A stretch of 64,000 nt of DNA from an uncultured delta proteobacterium (GCA_963804955.1 CAWDSQ010000014.1:1-64000); one strand, 5' to 3'; counted from the first letter of the stretch, positions 23,710 to 33,878 are shown. Notes: generated from the letters alone by a model not told the origin. Numbers and translations: made by a program.

Positions 23710-24663
23710 CTAGGCGACCGGCTTACCAATGCCTGCACTGCTGCCCTGTTCCGTTCCCTTCATAACCGTGAGGGCGGTTGAAACCATGGTAGAGATATCC
23801 GTAAGATTTGAGGGGACGATCATGGTGTTGTTGGCCTTGGCAAGATTGCCGAACTGGGCTATGTACAATTCCGCAATCCGCAGGTTGACTGCCTGAGGTC
23901 CATTGTTCAAACCGATCGATTTGGCTATCTCCGCGATACCGGCAGCGGTGGCCTCGGCCACAAGCGTTATCTCTTTGGCGCGGCCTTCGGCCTCGTTGAT
24001 GCGGCGTTGTTTTTCCCCCTCTGATCGCAGGATGAACTCCTGCTTATCGCCTTCCGACCGGTTGATCTTCGACTGCCTTTCGCCTTCGGATTCAAGAATG
24101 AGTGCGCGCTTCTCTCTCTCGGCGCGCATCTGCTTTTCCATGGCTTCGCGGATCGTCTGCGGCGGCACAATATTCTTTACTTCGTAGCGCATGACCTTCA
24201 CGCCCCAGGGCTCGGAAGCTTTATCGACTGCCGACACGATGGAGCTGTTGATGGTCTCGCGCTCTTCAAAAGTCTTGTCCAGAGGAAGCCTGCCGATAAC
24301 GGAGCGCATCGTGGTCTGGGAAAGCTGGACAGAAGCGAACTGATAGTTGCTGATGCCGTAGCTGGCATTTTTCGGGTCGATAACCTGAAGATACAGAATG
24401 CCATCAACCTCCACAGGGATATTATCATTGGTTATACAGGTTTGGGGCGGGACATCAACAGCCTGTTCCTTGAGCGTGTGCTTGTATGATACACGGTCGA
24501 TAAACGGTATGAGTATATGAAAGCCGGCTTCAAGCGTCGAAGAATATTTTCCCAGACGCTCGACAATGAATGCGCTTTTCTGCGGCACAATCATGACGGT
24601 TTTGAGAAATGCCACAACTATAAAGATGACCAGGCCGGTTAAAATTATAGTAGAAATTCCCAT
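23710..24663 (-). CDS. SPFH/stomatin-like protein (QmcA/paraslipin)
   Basis: IVERLGKY, TTMRSVIG, MEKQMRAEREKRA; GGAGG RBS. Confidence 0.95.
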   Translation of the reverse strand: MGISTIILTGLVIFIVVAFLKTVMIVPQKSAFIVERLGKYSSTLEAGFHILIPFIDRVSYKHTLKEQAVDVPPQTCITNDNIPVEVDGILYLQVIDPKNASYGISNYQFASVQLSQTTMRSVIGRLPLDKTFEERETINSSIVSAVDKASEPWGVKVMRYEVKNIVPPQTIREAMEKQMRAEREKRALILESEGERQSKINRSEGDKQEFILRSEGEKQRRINEAEGRAKEITLVAEATAAGIAEIAKSIGLNNGPQAVNLRIAELYIAQFGNLAKANNTMIVPSNLTDISTMVSTALTVMKGTEQGSSAGIGKPVA

Positions 24664-24742
24664 CGTAGATACCTCCTGTCGTAAGTGTTAGTAGCGTAGA
24701 GTATCCTGTTGCTGTGATACTGCCGTTTACATGTGTATAACG

Positions 24743-24768
24743 GCAGGGGCGCACCTGCATGTCCGCCC
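24743..24768. repeat. Single REP-like palindrome
   Basis: GCAGGGGCGCACCTGCATGTCCGCCC. Confidence 0.45.
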
Positions 24769-24787
24769 GATATAGCCGCCGCGCCAT

Positions 24788-25243
24788 TTACAATGGCACG
24801 ACCTTGAGCTTCAGGCCATTTCTGTCTATAATCCTGACGCGGGAATCGACATCAATGCTGTTATCAGACACAGCATCCCAGGCGACACCGTTAAATTCAA
24901 CTTTTCCGGGTTTGCCGGGCTCTATGCGGGCCAGCACTACGGCCTCCTTTTCTAAATAATCATCGATATTCTGACCGGAATTTTGTTTTGATGAAACATA
25001 CCCGAGAAACACCGGCTTGAGTTTTTTGCGCAGAAAGACAAGCAGCACGATGGATGAAACGGCAAAAACGCTGAGCTGCGCCGGGAGCCCTATGTTGAAA
25101 AGCAGGTAAAGCACCGTCACGATCCATGCCCCAAGCCCGAAAAACATCAGGATAAGGGACGGGGCGAACAGCTCCGTGAGCAGCAGTGCCAGGCCTGCAA
25201 TAAACCATAACAAACCGGGGTTGCTCAGCATTTGCACAGACAT
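24788..25243 (-). CDS. NfeD family membrane protein
   Basis: WFIAGLALLLTELF transmembrane segment; C-terminal OB fold GKVEFNGVAWDA; adjacent to the SPFH gene. Confidence 0.92.
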   Translation of the reverse strand: MSVQMLSNPGLLWFIAGLALLLTELFAPSLILMFFGLGAWIVTVLYLLFNIGLPAQLSVFAVSSIVLLVFLRKKLKPVFLGYVSSKQNSGQNIDDYLEKEAVVLARIEPGKPGKVEFNGVAWDAVSDNSIDVDSRVRIIDRNGLKLKVVPL

Positions 25244-25406
25244 ACGCCGCCTCCATATAGTGTGCGTTGATGAAAATTGTTTTGGATGAGCAGAGTATAG
25301 GCCCGGGCCGGTTGTGTGTCAAAGAAAAAGAGGCCAACAAAAACCCCGAATTGCCATCACGGTCCGTTCGCATAGCCCCGCCCGGCTGCAATGACAGGCC
25401 GGGAGA

Positions 25407-26201
25407 TTATGCGCGGGAGTCGATAACCTTTTTGAGCAGGCGGGGATCGTCGGTGATGATGCCGTCGACACCGATATCCAGCAGGCGGTTCATGTCGGCC
25501 TCCCTGTTGACGGTCCAGACATGGACACGGAGGCCCTTTTTTCGCACCCGGCGCACCATGCCGGGAGCTGCAACATGCCAGTTGCGGTAAAATTCCGGTA
25601 TCTGGAGGGCGTCGGTCTCCAGAGCCTTCTTTGCAAAAAGCAACCCGCTTCTGTAAAGAAAAAAAACACCCGCCACCTCGTTGTGCGAGGCTGAAGTTGC
25701 CATCTCCGGCATAAGGCTCCTCACCGCCTTGAGGTTTCCGGTGAATTCCGATGCCGTCAGCACCCTCTCCGCGGCATTGCAGCGCCTGATGAGGGCGCAA
25801 TAATCAGCAGCCTGAGATGGGTCATCGGCTTTAAGGTCAATGTTGAATCGCTGCTGTGGAAACTCCCGCAGGGCCTCATCAAGGGAGGGAATGGTTATTC
25901 TCTTGCCCCGAAACGGGAAGCTCTCGCCCTCGGCAGAATAGCGATAGCCTGCATCAAAGCGCTTCAGCTCATCCAGCGTGTAGTCGCCTATCCTCCCGGA
26001 TCCCTCGGTAATCCGGTCGATGGTGTCGTCGTGGAAGACCATGAAGTGCCCGTCTCTGCTTCGCTGCACGTCAGTCTCGATCACATCGGCGCCGATCTCG
26101 ACGGCGCTTTCAAATGAGGGGAACGTGTTTTCAGGAAAATGAGCGGTGTCGCCGCGATGGGCGAAAATTCCGGGTTCAGGGATGAAAAACTGCTTCTGCA
26201 T
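25407..26201 (-). CDS. Glycerophosphodiester phosphodiesterase
   Basis: FAHRG..PENT, IETDV, FHD, WTVN, GVDGIITDDP. Confidence 0.93.
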   Translation of the reverse strand: MQKQFFIPEPGIFAHRGDTAHFPENTFPSFESAVEIGADVIETDVQRSRDGHFMVFHDDTIDRITEGSGRIGDYTLDELKRFDAGYRYSAEGESFPFRGKRITIPSLDEALREFPQQRFNIDLKADDPSQAADYCALIRRCNAAERVLTASEFTGNLKAVRSLMPEMATSASHNEVAGVFFLYRSGLLFAKKALETDALQIPEFYRNWHVAAPGMVRRVRKKGLRVHVWTVNREADMNRLLDIGVDGIITDDPRLLKKVIDSRA

Positions 26202-26238
26202 TGTGTGTTCAAAAGCTCACTTCGGGTTTCTTAAAATT

Positions 26239-26383
26239 AGAATTCCGGAATCCGGAATCCAGAATAAGAAAAAAAACAGCACTGCCATTTCACAAGCCGT
26301 TTGTGCCAAAAGAAACCGGCACACACTACGGAAATCCTCGTGAATCTTTTCTTCTGACTCCTGAATTCCGACTTCTGGCTTCT
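26239..26383. repeat. Inverted heptamer-repeat tracts
   Basis: agaattc-cggaatc-cggaatc-cagaata ... ttctgac-tcctgaa-ttccgac-ttctggc. Confidence 0.65.
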
Positions 26384-26393
26384 TCTCTGCTTT

Positions 26394-26849
26394 TCAGCTT
26401 GCCTGCATGAGCCTGTCGAGGATGAGGCCGTAAAAAGAGTTCTGGTGCCCGGTATAGCGCCAGCCCATATGAGTGGCGCATGCACTGCACAGCACGGCCT
26501 GCCAGACATACCCGCGAAACCAGCTCCATTGGGCCTCAGGCGGGCTTGCATCAACGCAGCCTTTTACGCGCCTGAAGCAACCGATCTGAAAAAGAAGGCC
26601 CAGCGGATTTGAGAATGTGTGTCGATGGGAGCCCTGAACCCCGATGCGCTCTGCCGGGCTGGTGATTACCTGCATGCATTGACGGCAAAAAATTTTCTCC
26701 TCCCAGTGAGGGTCTTTTCCCTCTTCTTCATACCGGCAGGCCTCCTCGTCGATCTCGCCCAGGGGTTTGTTCGGATCTTCCCTGCTGCGGCGGGACTCTC
26801 CAGGTAAAGCCGGGCAACGATTGCAGATACGCTCAACACAGGGCTGCAT
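26394..26849 (-). CDS. Cereblon family (CULT domain) protein
   Basis: CRQC...HTFSNPLG..FQIGCF...SWFRGYVW..VLCSACATHMGWRY...FYGLI: Zn cysteines and tri-Trp pocket. Confidence 0.92.
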   Translation of the reverse strand: MQPCVERICNRCPALPGESRRSREDPNKPLGEIDEEACRYEEEGKDPHWEEKIFCRQCMQVITSPAERIGVQGSHRHTFSNPLGLLFQIGCFRRVKGCVDASPPEAQWSWFRGYVWQAVLCSACATHMGWRYTGHQNSFYGLILDRLMQAS

Positions 26850-26851
26850 GG

Positions 26852-27739
26852 CTACTGCCCATCAATGAACTGTTTAATAAACTTGAAATAGTCTGAGCCA
26901 CCGAAACTCAGAATGGAATTATGATCGGCCCGGGGAATCACCTTAAGCTGTTTACGAAGTGCCGGGCAGTTCTTCATAAGCGTTTCCGCATCCGAAACAG
27001 GGATAAACTGATCCAGCTGTGCATGGATAACGAGCAGCGGTTTTTTAAATTCCTTGATTTTCTCGAAATTCCCGAAGCAGTCGGCCTCGGTGATACCAAG
27101 GCCCTGCGTGTCAACGCCAAGAAACCGCAGCAGGGGCTCGGTATAGGCAAAGCCGCTTTCGATAATGAGGCCTGCAACCTCCGCTTCATAGTGCACGGCA
27201 AGCTCAATGGCCGAGACGCTCCCGAGCGAGCGGCCCATCACAAAAAGGTGGCCGGTATGTTTCTGCTGAACGCGCCATTTCTTGACTTCGTTAAAAAGCC
27301 TGTGGGCATCGCTGATCATGGCGCTTGCAGTAGGCTTTCCGGTGCTTCGGCCATAGCCCCGGTACTCGACGGCAAGCAGGCTGATGCCGAGACGATTGTA
27401 CATCATGCCTATTTCTTCATAATCTTCAACGGTTTCGCCATTGCCATGAAAAAAAAGTATGGCCGGCGCCCGGGGCCCTGCAGAATAAAATCTGCAGGCG
27501 ATGATGGCATCCGCATCCACGGGAATGGCATAATCCACAGCTCCCTGTATGGGTTCTGACGGAGGCTCCTTTCTCGGATGAAACAGAAACTGAAGAACCT
27601 GTGGCTGGTCAAGCTTCGGATAGGATGCACATTTTTGCTGCATGGCTCCTCCTGCAATGAGCAGGCAGGCTATCGCCGCGCCTGATAAAACTGCTCTTTT
27701 AAAAAGAGCTCCGGGGTCAGCTCCGGTGCGGGTCGTCAA
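26852..27739 (-). CDS. Alpha/beta hydrolase (ABHD13/17-like)
   Basis: FFHGNGE, EYRGYG, GRSLG nucleophile, catalytic Asp and His (ADHN). Start may lie downstream. Confidence 0.92.
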   Translation of the reverse strand: MTTRTGADPGALFKRAVLSGAAIACLLIAGGAMQQKCASYPKLDQPQVLQFLFHPRKEPPSEPIQGAVDYAIPVDADAIIACRFYSAGPRAPAILFFHGNGETVEDYEEIGMMYNRLGISLLAVEYRGYGRSTGKPTASAMISDAHRLFNEVKKWRVQQKHTGHLFVMGRSLGSVSAIELAVHYEAEVAGLIIESGFAYTEPLLRFLGVDTQGLGITEADCFGNFEKIKEFKKPLLVIHAQLDQFIPVSDAETLMKNCPALRKQLKVIPRADHNSILSFGGSDYFKFIKQFIDGQ

Positions 27740-27956
27740 GACTGCCCCTCCTGATTTTTTTCAGCTCATTATAAAAGCTCAGCTGGAATACAAAAAGGCC
27801 TGCAAACAATATGCAGATGACAAGGTACAAAACCGCAGCAGCATGCGTCTCGCTGGTGATAGCGATGCAGAACGACCACAGCGCAATCACGCACTTGAGC
27901 ACAAGGCTGATGCGTATATGGCTCAGGTCAAGCTTTGAATAGTCCTGGTTCTGCAT
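27717..27956 (-). CDS. Small two-TM membrane protein
   Basis: 79 aa with two hydrophobic helices; co-oriented and overlapping the next gene. Confidence 0.55.
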   Translation of the reverse strand: MQNQDYSKLDLSHIRISLVLKCVIALWSFCIAITSETHAAAVLYLVICILFAGLFVFQLSFYNELKKIRRGSLDDPHRS

Positions 27957-28030
27957 AGGGCTTCAACTCTTATTTTCTGTTTGTAGCTCAGGTTTTCACA
28001 AAGTCAACCCTAAATATCCAAGAATTATGT

Positions 28031-28058
28031 TTTACATCCTCGCCGTATAGAGTATAAT
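28031..28058 (+). promoter_or_regulatory. Candidate sigma70 promoter of the surA-like gene
   Basis: TTTACA-N16-TATAAT. Confidence 0.5.
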
Positions 28059-28145
28059 CCAATAAATGACCATGCCCTGCATACTGCTAAACAAGATTAT
28101 AAATCAGACAACATACATCTCATCGGCCCAGAGTTCACTGCATGC

Positions 28146-29138
28146 ATGGAACTCCGGCTGAAAGGAGTACTATCCGTGAAGAAAACCTGCATAGCCCTTG
28201 CGCTGGCACTGCTGATCAACAGCACCCCGGCTGACGCAGCCCGCGTCACCGTCGACCGCATTCTGGCCACCGTCAACGGCGAAATAATTACGCAGTCTGA
28301 ATTTGAAAAGTACAAAACAATGCTGCTTATGGGAGCGCAGGAACTGCCGGCCGACATAGAGGCCGACCGCCAGCTGCTGGGCCAGCTCATAGAAAAAAAA
28401 CTGATCCTGCAGGAGGCAAAAAAACTTGAGATAACGCTGAAGGACAAGGACATTGCCAATGCCCTTGATGAGGTCCTGCAGCGCAACAAGATCGATCTGA
28501 AAACGCTTGCCAAAGAACTTGCCAAGAAGGGCACAACTGTTGAGGATTATAAAAAAATCCTGGAGGGTGAGCTGATCCAGTCGCGCACCATCGGGCGTGC
28601 AGTTCACTCAAAAATAACTATAACAGATAAGGACATGCTGGAGTTTTACGAACAGAACATGCGCGGGAGCAACAAGGCCGGCCCCCGCGTGCGCATACAG
28701 CAGATACTGCTGCTCATCCCCGGCCAGGCATCGCCGGCCAAAATCGCCGACATTGAAAAAACCGCAAACGACCTGCACAGGAAAATACTGGCCGGCGAGG
28801 ATTTCGGGAAGCTTGCCGTTAAGTACTCACAGGGAGCAGGCGCTCAACTGGGCGGCGACATCGGCTATTTCCACAAAGACGAGCTGATGCCGGAAATTGA
28901 GCGAATGGCCTTCAGCCTGCAAAAAGACCAGGTAAGCCATGTGTTCCGCACGGAGATCGGCTTTCACATCATCAAGGTAATCGACAAGGCCGGCGGCGGC
29001 AGTGACAATGCAACCGGAGGCTCATGGCAGGATCACAAGAGAGATATCCAGAACGCCCTCTATGGAGCACAATTTGAAAAAGAGATGACCCTGTGGATGC
29101 AGAGCCTCAAGGAGCGGGCCTACATCGAAATTAACTGA
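28146..29138 (+). CDS. surA: SurA-like parvulin peptidyl-prolyl isomerase
   Basis: VDRILATVNGEIITQSE, FGKLAVKYSQ, GGDIGYF, GFHIIKV. True start is probably GTG at ~28176 (after AAGGAG). Confidence 0.88.
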   Translation: MELRLKGVLSVKKTCIALALALLINSTPADAARVTVDRILATVNGEIITQSEFEKYKTMLLMGAQELPADIEADRQLLGQLIEKKLILQEAKKLEITLKDKDIANALDEVLQRNKIDLKTLAKELAKKGTTVEDYKKILEGELIQSRTIGRAVHSKITITDKDMLEFYEQNMRGSNKAGPRVRIQQILLLIPGQASPAKIADIEKTANDLHRKILAGEDFGKLAVKYSQGAGAQLGGDIGYFHKDELMPEIERMAFSLQKDQVSHVFRTEIGFHIIKVIDKAGGGSDNATGGSWQDHKRDIQNALYGAQFEKEMTLWMQSLKERAYIEIN

Positions 29139-29166
29139 GACTATTATTTCAGTACAAACTTATATA

Positions 29167-29205
29167 AACCCTCTTCAGCAATCGAAGGGGATTTTTATCT
29201 TTTTT
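29167..29205 (+). terminator. Probable terminator
   Basis: CCCTCTTC...GAAGGGG imperfect stem followed by a T-rich tract. Confidence 0.5.
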
Positions 29206-29257
29206 ATTCAAATAGCGTTTTTAAACCTGTTATTTTACACAGCATCAAGTCAAACCA

Positions 29258-30127
29258 TTATTGCATTTCGGCAATCACCGACAGGCCTATGGGTATGTCC
29301 TTCTTCTCGGGCTTGAGCCCCAGAATCACGTCCTGAAACTTGGTGTCGAAACGCTCCTGCAGATCTTCCGTGCGATAGTTGCGACGGCCCATATAGGGCA
29401 CGCGCCTCACAACGCCGCCCGTTCCGAGATACTCCCTGGTTTCCGAATCATAGACCTTAAAAACCGCATCTGCCTTCACCCTGTCTTTCCAGAATGATTC
29501 AACGGCAAGGCGCACCCAGAGCCGCGTTGCGCCGAGTATGATCTTCGAGTTATCGCCGGCCTGCAGGGTTTCGCCGATGCGCACATCGAACTTGTACACG
29601 ACGCCGTCGATGGGCGAGCGCAGCACGGTTTCTTCGAATTTGGCCTTGGTCACATCAAGCTCGGACCCGGCCACCTTGAGCCGCTTCAGCTCCATGGCAT
29701 TCTGCAGCTGCGCCTGGGTGAATTTATATTCCGAATCAACCTGCTTGGCATACAGGCTGCGGGTGCGGCTGAGATCATCGTTTGACAGTTCCAGCGATTT
29801 CTGCGCCAGCGCCATCCGGGACTCCGCAAGGTTCACCTGCTCCTGCTCGACATTGCTCTCCAGCGTGCACAGGCGCTGGCCGGCCTTCACCGCATCGCCT
29901 TCCTTCACAAACACCTCGATGACGCGCTTGCTCATGGTCGGCCCAACCAGCACCTCCCGGCCTTCGGGCTCCACCATGCCGTACAGCCGCATGGGCGCAT
30001 CGGCAAGGTTCGGAGGCGGCGCAACCTGGGGCGGCGCCGATGATTTTTTCAGGCTCGACAGGATGAACGCGAGCCCCGCAATGCAAACGGTTATAATAAC
30101 GATGGACTTGAATGACAGTTTCATCAT
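29258..30127 (-). CDS. Membrane fusion/periplasmic adaptor protein (HlyD/DevB-like)
   Basis: N-terminal TM, VFVKEGDAVKAGQ, coiled hairpin, LRSPIDGVV. Confidence 0.9.
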   Translation of the reverse strand: MMKLSFKSIVIITVCIAGLAFILSSLKKSSAPPQVAPPPNLADAPMRLYGMVEPEGREVLVGPTMSKRVIEVFVKEGDAVKAGQRLCTLESNVEQEQVNLAESRMALAQKSLELSNDDLSRTRSLYAKQVDSEYKFTQAQLQNAMELKRLKVAGSELDVTKAKFEETVLRSPIDGVVYKFDVRIGETLQAGDNSKIILGATRLWVRLAVESFWKDRVKADAVFKVYDSETREYLGTGGVVRRVPYMGRRNYRTEDLQERFDTKFQDVILGLKPEKKDIPIGLSVIAEMQ

Positions 30128-30834
30128 GCCTCCTGTGCGCCCTGCGGGCGCGAATCGTAGACAATGGAGCCGTTTTCAATTTTAATCAAACGATCCGCAT
30201 ACGGAAAAACGCGCGGATCATGCGTAACCATGATAAGCCCGCGCGTCGTATCTTTTGAAAGCTGCTTGAGCGCGTCGAGCACGATGGTGCTGCTCTCGGA
30301 ATCAAGGGCTGAGGTCGGCTCATCGCATAAAAGAAGTGCCGGCGCATTGATAAGCGCCCGGGCTATGGCCACGCGCTGCTTCTGACCGCCGGAGAGCTGC
30401 TGGGTGGTCATGGAAAGGCAGTCGCCCATGCCGAAACTGTCGAGCAGTTCGCCGGCTTTTTTGCGCAGGCCTGCCGATACCCTTTGTCCCTGAATGCCGC
30501 TTGCCACCACAACATTGTCAATGACATTGAGCGCAGGCAGAAGCTCTGCCTGCTGAAACACAAATCCGTACTTCTGCTGCCGCACCGTGGCAAGCCTGTT
30601 TTCCGGCAGATGTGTCACCCGCTCGTTTTGAATGCTTATTTCCCCCTCGGAAGGCTTCAGAATGAGCCCCATGATGGTGAGCAGCGTCGTCTTTGCCGCT
30701 GCCGGACGGACCGGCGATAATGGTGAACTCGCCGGGAAAAATCGACATATCTGTCGTATACAGCACGCGCCGAATCTTCCGGCCGTCGGAAAAATCCCGC
30801 GTGATACGTTCAAGTTGAAAATGGGCTGCAGCAT
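30124..30834 (-). CDS. ABC transporter ATPase (LolD/DevA-like); compensating frameshifts ~30818 and ~30690
   Basis: Walker A GPSGSGK in the alternate frame; LSGGQKQRVAIARA, DEPT, VTHD. Confidence 0.9.
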   Translation of the reverse strand: MLQPIFNLNVSRGIFPTAGRFGACCIRQICRFFPASSPLSPVRPAAAKTTLLTIMGLILKPSEGEISIQNERVTHLPENRLATVRQQKYGFVFQQAELLPALNVIDNVVVASGIQGQRVSAGLRKKAGELLDSFGMGDCLSMTTQQLSGGQKQRVAIARALINAPALLLCDEPTSALDSESSTIVLDALKQLSKDTTRGLIMVTHDPRVFPYADRLIKIENGSIVYDSRPQGAQEA

Positions 30835-30864
30835 TTTCTAAAACCTTTTCGACGGAGCGTAGAT

Positions 30865-30965
30865 GTTCAAGGTTCAAGGTTCAAGGTTCAGGTTCAAGGG
30901 TTCGGAGTTTAACTTCTGGCTTCCGCCTATGCCCCTGCTACAGCCTACAGCCTAAATACCTACAG
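30865..30965. repeat. Heptamer tandem repeats
   Basis: (gttcaag)n followed by (ctacagc)n-like units. Confidence 0.7.
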
Positions 30966-30976
30966 GCTGTTTCTTT

Positions 30977-32098
30977 TCATCTAAACACCGACGCAGGCTC
31001 AACACTTATAGCCTTGCGCATGGCAAGCAGTGAGCCGAGCAGGCACATGGCAAGCGTTGTGCCTGCCAGCACGGGTGCAATCCAAAGAGGCAAATAGCTC
31101 GGCAGGGGCGAGTCGAGCGTGCCGCGCAGGAAACCGGCAAGCAGCAAAAAGCCGATAAACACCCCCACAACACCGATCATCAGCGACTGGGCAAGAACGA
31201 TGATAAAAATATCGAGCTTGCGCGCCCCAAGGGCCCGCAGCACGGCAAAATCCTTCTGCCGCTGCAGTACGCCCGTGTACATGGTAAGGGTGATGATGAT
31301 GATGCCCACCAGCGCGCCGATGAGTGTTGACAGTCCGAAGCTGCCGCCCATGCCCGTATTTTTAACATAATAAATGCGCGTCATGCGCGAAAGCTCACCG
31401 GCGCCCAGCACTTCGGCTGCAGGAAGCACGCTGCGCACGCGCGCAAGGCCGGCCTGCAGGCTGACGCCATCCTTTAATTTCACCAGCACGGCCTTGCACC
31501 GGCCGGGCGGGCTTTTGATAATTTCCTGGGCCTTGACCATATTGGTAAAAACCAGGCGGCCCGCAAAGCCTTTCACGCTCTGCGTAATGGCGCTCACGCG
31601 CACGCGCACATTGCCGATTTCGATGCTGTCGCCTACCTGGGGATTGCCGTAGAGCTTGGCATCGAGCCGCTCGATGGTGGCCCCCTCAAACTCGAGAAGG
31701 CCATCCTGCCCTCCCTGATAGAACCGCCACGGCCCTGCAGCCCCCCGCGGATTACGCAGGCCGACCACCTGCACGGCCTCATTTTTTCCGTCGCGCGTCA
31801 CCAGGCTTGCACCGCCAAACAGCAGGGGCTCGGCCCACGAAACCTCGGCAAGGCCCGATACGCGGTCCACAAACCGCTCGGGAATATAGCCGGCGCCGTT
31901 GATATTATCGGTGTTTTTGGAGCATACCCAGATATCGGCGCCGCCATGGTCAACAAGAACCGACATATAGGTAAACAGCCCGAACAGCACCGAGATCTGC
32001 TGTCCGACGAGAAATACTATGGCTATAACGCCGATGAGGGCTCCTGCGGTGGTGGAGCGGTCATGCAGGAGAATTTTGAGAGCTACGCGGCTACGCAT
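30977..32098 (-). CDS. ABC transporter permease (FtsX/MacB/DevC-like)
   Basis: N-terminal TM, periplasmic domain, DFAVLRALGA, three C-terminal TMs. Confidence 0.92.
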   Translation of the reverse strand: MRSRVALKILLHDRSTTAGALIGVIAIVFLVGQQISVLFGLFTYMSVLVDHGGADIWVCSKNTDNINGAGYIPERFVDRVSGLAEVSWAEPLLFGGASLVTRDGKNEAVQVVGLRNPRGAAGPWRFYQGGQDGLLEFEGATIERLDAKLYGNPQVGDSIEIGNVRVRVSAITQSVKGFAGRLVFTNMVKAQEIIKSPPGRCKAVLVKLKDGVSLQAGLARVRSVLPAAEVLGAGELSRMTRIYYVKNTGMGGSFGLSTLIGALVGIIIITLTMYTGVLQRQKDFAVLRALGARKLDIFIIVLAQSLMIGVVGVFIGFLLLAGFLRGTLDSPLPSYLPLWIAPVLAGTTLAMCLLGSLLAMRKAISVEPASVFR

Positions 32099-33152
32099 CG
32101 GGGATCACCTTCTTCAAAAGCTCGCTGTGGCCGTTCTCAAGCCCGCTGATGAACAGATCGACACTGGCGGCAAGGCTCTCGCGCGCAAGCAAAGCCGCCC
32201 GGCCATGAACGGCGAGTTTTATCTGCGGATATTTCTCGCGGATCTGGGCGATGAGGCGCTGTGCCTCGGGCAGGCCCGCTATTGATGAAACGGCCAGCAC
32301 GACGGACTGCGGGCTGTTCTTCAAAATGGCATACATGATGTCCTCATCGGACACATCGCTGCCAAGGAAGTAGACGGACCAGCCCTTGATTTCAAGAAAA
32401 TTGGCAAACACCTCCACATCGAGCGCTTCCTGCTCGCCGGGCATGCAGGCCACAAGCGCCCTGAAGGGAAAGCGGCGCTCGCCGAAAATGCTGTCTATGA
32501 CCCGCAGAATCACATAGCGGCTGATATCATCAGCCGCGCGCTCATCAACTGCGCTCACTTTATTCTGCAGCCACAAAAGGCGCATGCGCTCAAGGGCTGG
32601 AAGCAGGATGTCTTCATACACGCGCTCAATAGAGGCGCCGTCGCGAATGCGGGAAAGAATATGTTCGGCTGCGAACTTGCGGTTTTTGGCCATGAGCAGA
32701 TCGAAAAACGGCTGTGCTTCGGCGGGAAGAGCCTCCGGCGGCGTCTGAAGCCGCTCGTACAGCACAGGCAGCTGTTGGACAAGATGCTGCACGGCGGGGA
32801 TAAGCTGGTCTGCAGCCTCCCGCTTCACAAGGCACTGTATGGCCATGATCCATGATTTCAGCAGGGCCTCGACAAACTGGGGCTTGATGCCGCGGCTGTC
32901 AAGGGACGCGATATGGGCAGAAGCCTCCTCAGGCAGATGCCCGACCAGATCGAAGCTGTAAACGCCCAGAAGAAGGTCGCCGAATCGCCGGGTGAACTCG
33001 CGGGCAATATCCATGTGTTTGCATGCGACGCCGTCGCAGGCAAAACGGTTTTCAAGGGCGAACTTGTCATTGACAAAAACGACAAGCTTGGGCAGGGCCT
33101 GGCTAAAAGCCTGTGCTGCGCTTGCTGCTGTGCTGGTTGGACCTGCCGCCAT
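32091..33152 (-). CDS. Cobalamin-binding-fold protein with helical N-terminal domain; B12 ligand residues substituted
   Basis: Cap domain (VYEDILLPAL...W-x9-ER) plus Rossmann domain (ACMPGEQEALD...GWSVYFLG). Confidence 0.8.
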   Translation of the reverse strand: MAAGPTSTAASAAQAFSQALPKLVVFVNDKFALENRFACDGVACKHMDIAREFTRRFGDLLLGVYSFDLVGHLPEEASAHIASLDSRGIKPQFVEALLKSWIMAIQCLVKREAADQLIPAVQHLVQQLPVLYERLQTPPEALPAEAQPFFDLLMAKNRKFAAEHILSRIRDGASIERVYEDILLPALERMRLLWLQNKVSAVDERAADDISRYVILRVIDSIFGERRFPFRALVACMPGEQEALDVEVFANFLEIKGWSVYFLGSDVSDEDIMYAILKNSPQSVVLAVSSIAGLPEAQRLIAQIREKYPQIKLAVHGRAALLARESLAASVDLFISGLENGHSELLKKVIPDA

Positions 33153-33248
33153 AGCCGTTTCAGTAGTTTGGAATTTTAGATTTTGGATTTTGGATTTTCG
33201 GCTCCTTGGGCAATTTCTGAATTCCGCAAGCCAAAAGCCGCAGTCTTA

Positions 33249-33878
33249 TCACTTGCGCTTTGCGCCGGTGACGATAACAGGCTCAACAGGCACATTCTGA
33301 TGCCCGCCTGTCGTGGCCGTCTTGACCGCAGCGATCTTGTCAACGACATCCATGCCGCTCACCACTTTGCCGAACACGGCATAACCGAAATCGCGAACGC
33401 CGTGGTCAAGAAAGCTGTTGTCGGTAAGGTTGATAAAAAACTGCGCCGTGGCGCTGTCCACAACCCCTGTGCGCGCCATGGCCAGCGTGCCCCGGCTGTT
33501 GCGCAGGCCGTTGTCGGCCTCGTTTTTAATGGGCGCTTTTGTCGGTTTTTGCGTCATATCTTTCTTGAAGCCGCCGCCCTGAATCATAAAATTCGGAATA
33601 ACACGGTGAAAAATCGTGTCGCTGAAAAACCCCTCATCCACATAGGCCAGAAAATTTTTCACGGTTATGGGGGCCTTGTCGGCATACAGTTCAATCGTAA
33701 AGTCACCCTGATTTGTTGAAAAAACGACCTCGATATTCTCCATTTTTTTGCTCTCCATTTTCTTGATAGTTTGATTATCCGGCACAGCTTGTGCCTCGTG
33801 TGCAGCAAAAAAAAGACCTGAAAACAATGCTGCTGCAAACAATGCCACGACGGGAATACATATTTTTTTTCTCTTCAT
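33249..33878 (-). CDS. Cyclophilin-type PPIase (periplasmic PpiA-like)
   Basis: Signal peptide; [34 protein letters not shown]. Confidence 0.95.
   Translation of the reverse strand: MKRKKICIPVVALFAAALFSGLFFAAHEAQAVPDNQTIKKMESKKMENIEVVFSTNQGDFTIELYADKAPITVKNFLAYVDEGFFSDTIFHRVIPNFMIQGGGFKKDMTQKPTKAPIKNEADNGLRNSRGTLAMARTGVVDSATAQFFINLTDNSFLDHGVRDFGYAVFGKVVSGMDVVDKIAAVKTATTGGHQNVPVEPVIVTGAKRK

Noticed and set aside
33153..33248. Cobalamin riboswitch upstream of the B12-fold gene
   Set aside because: The spacer is under 100 bp, filled with heptamer repeats, and has no B12 box.
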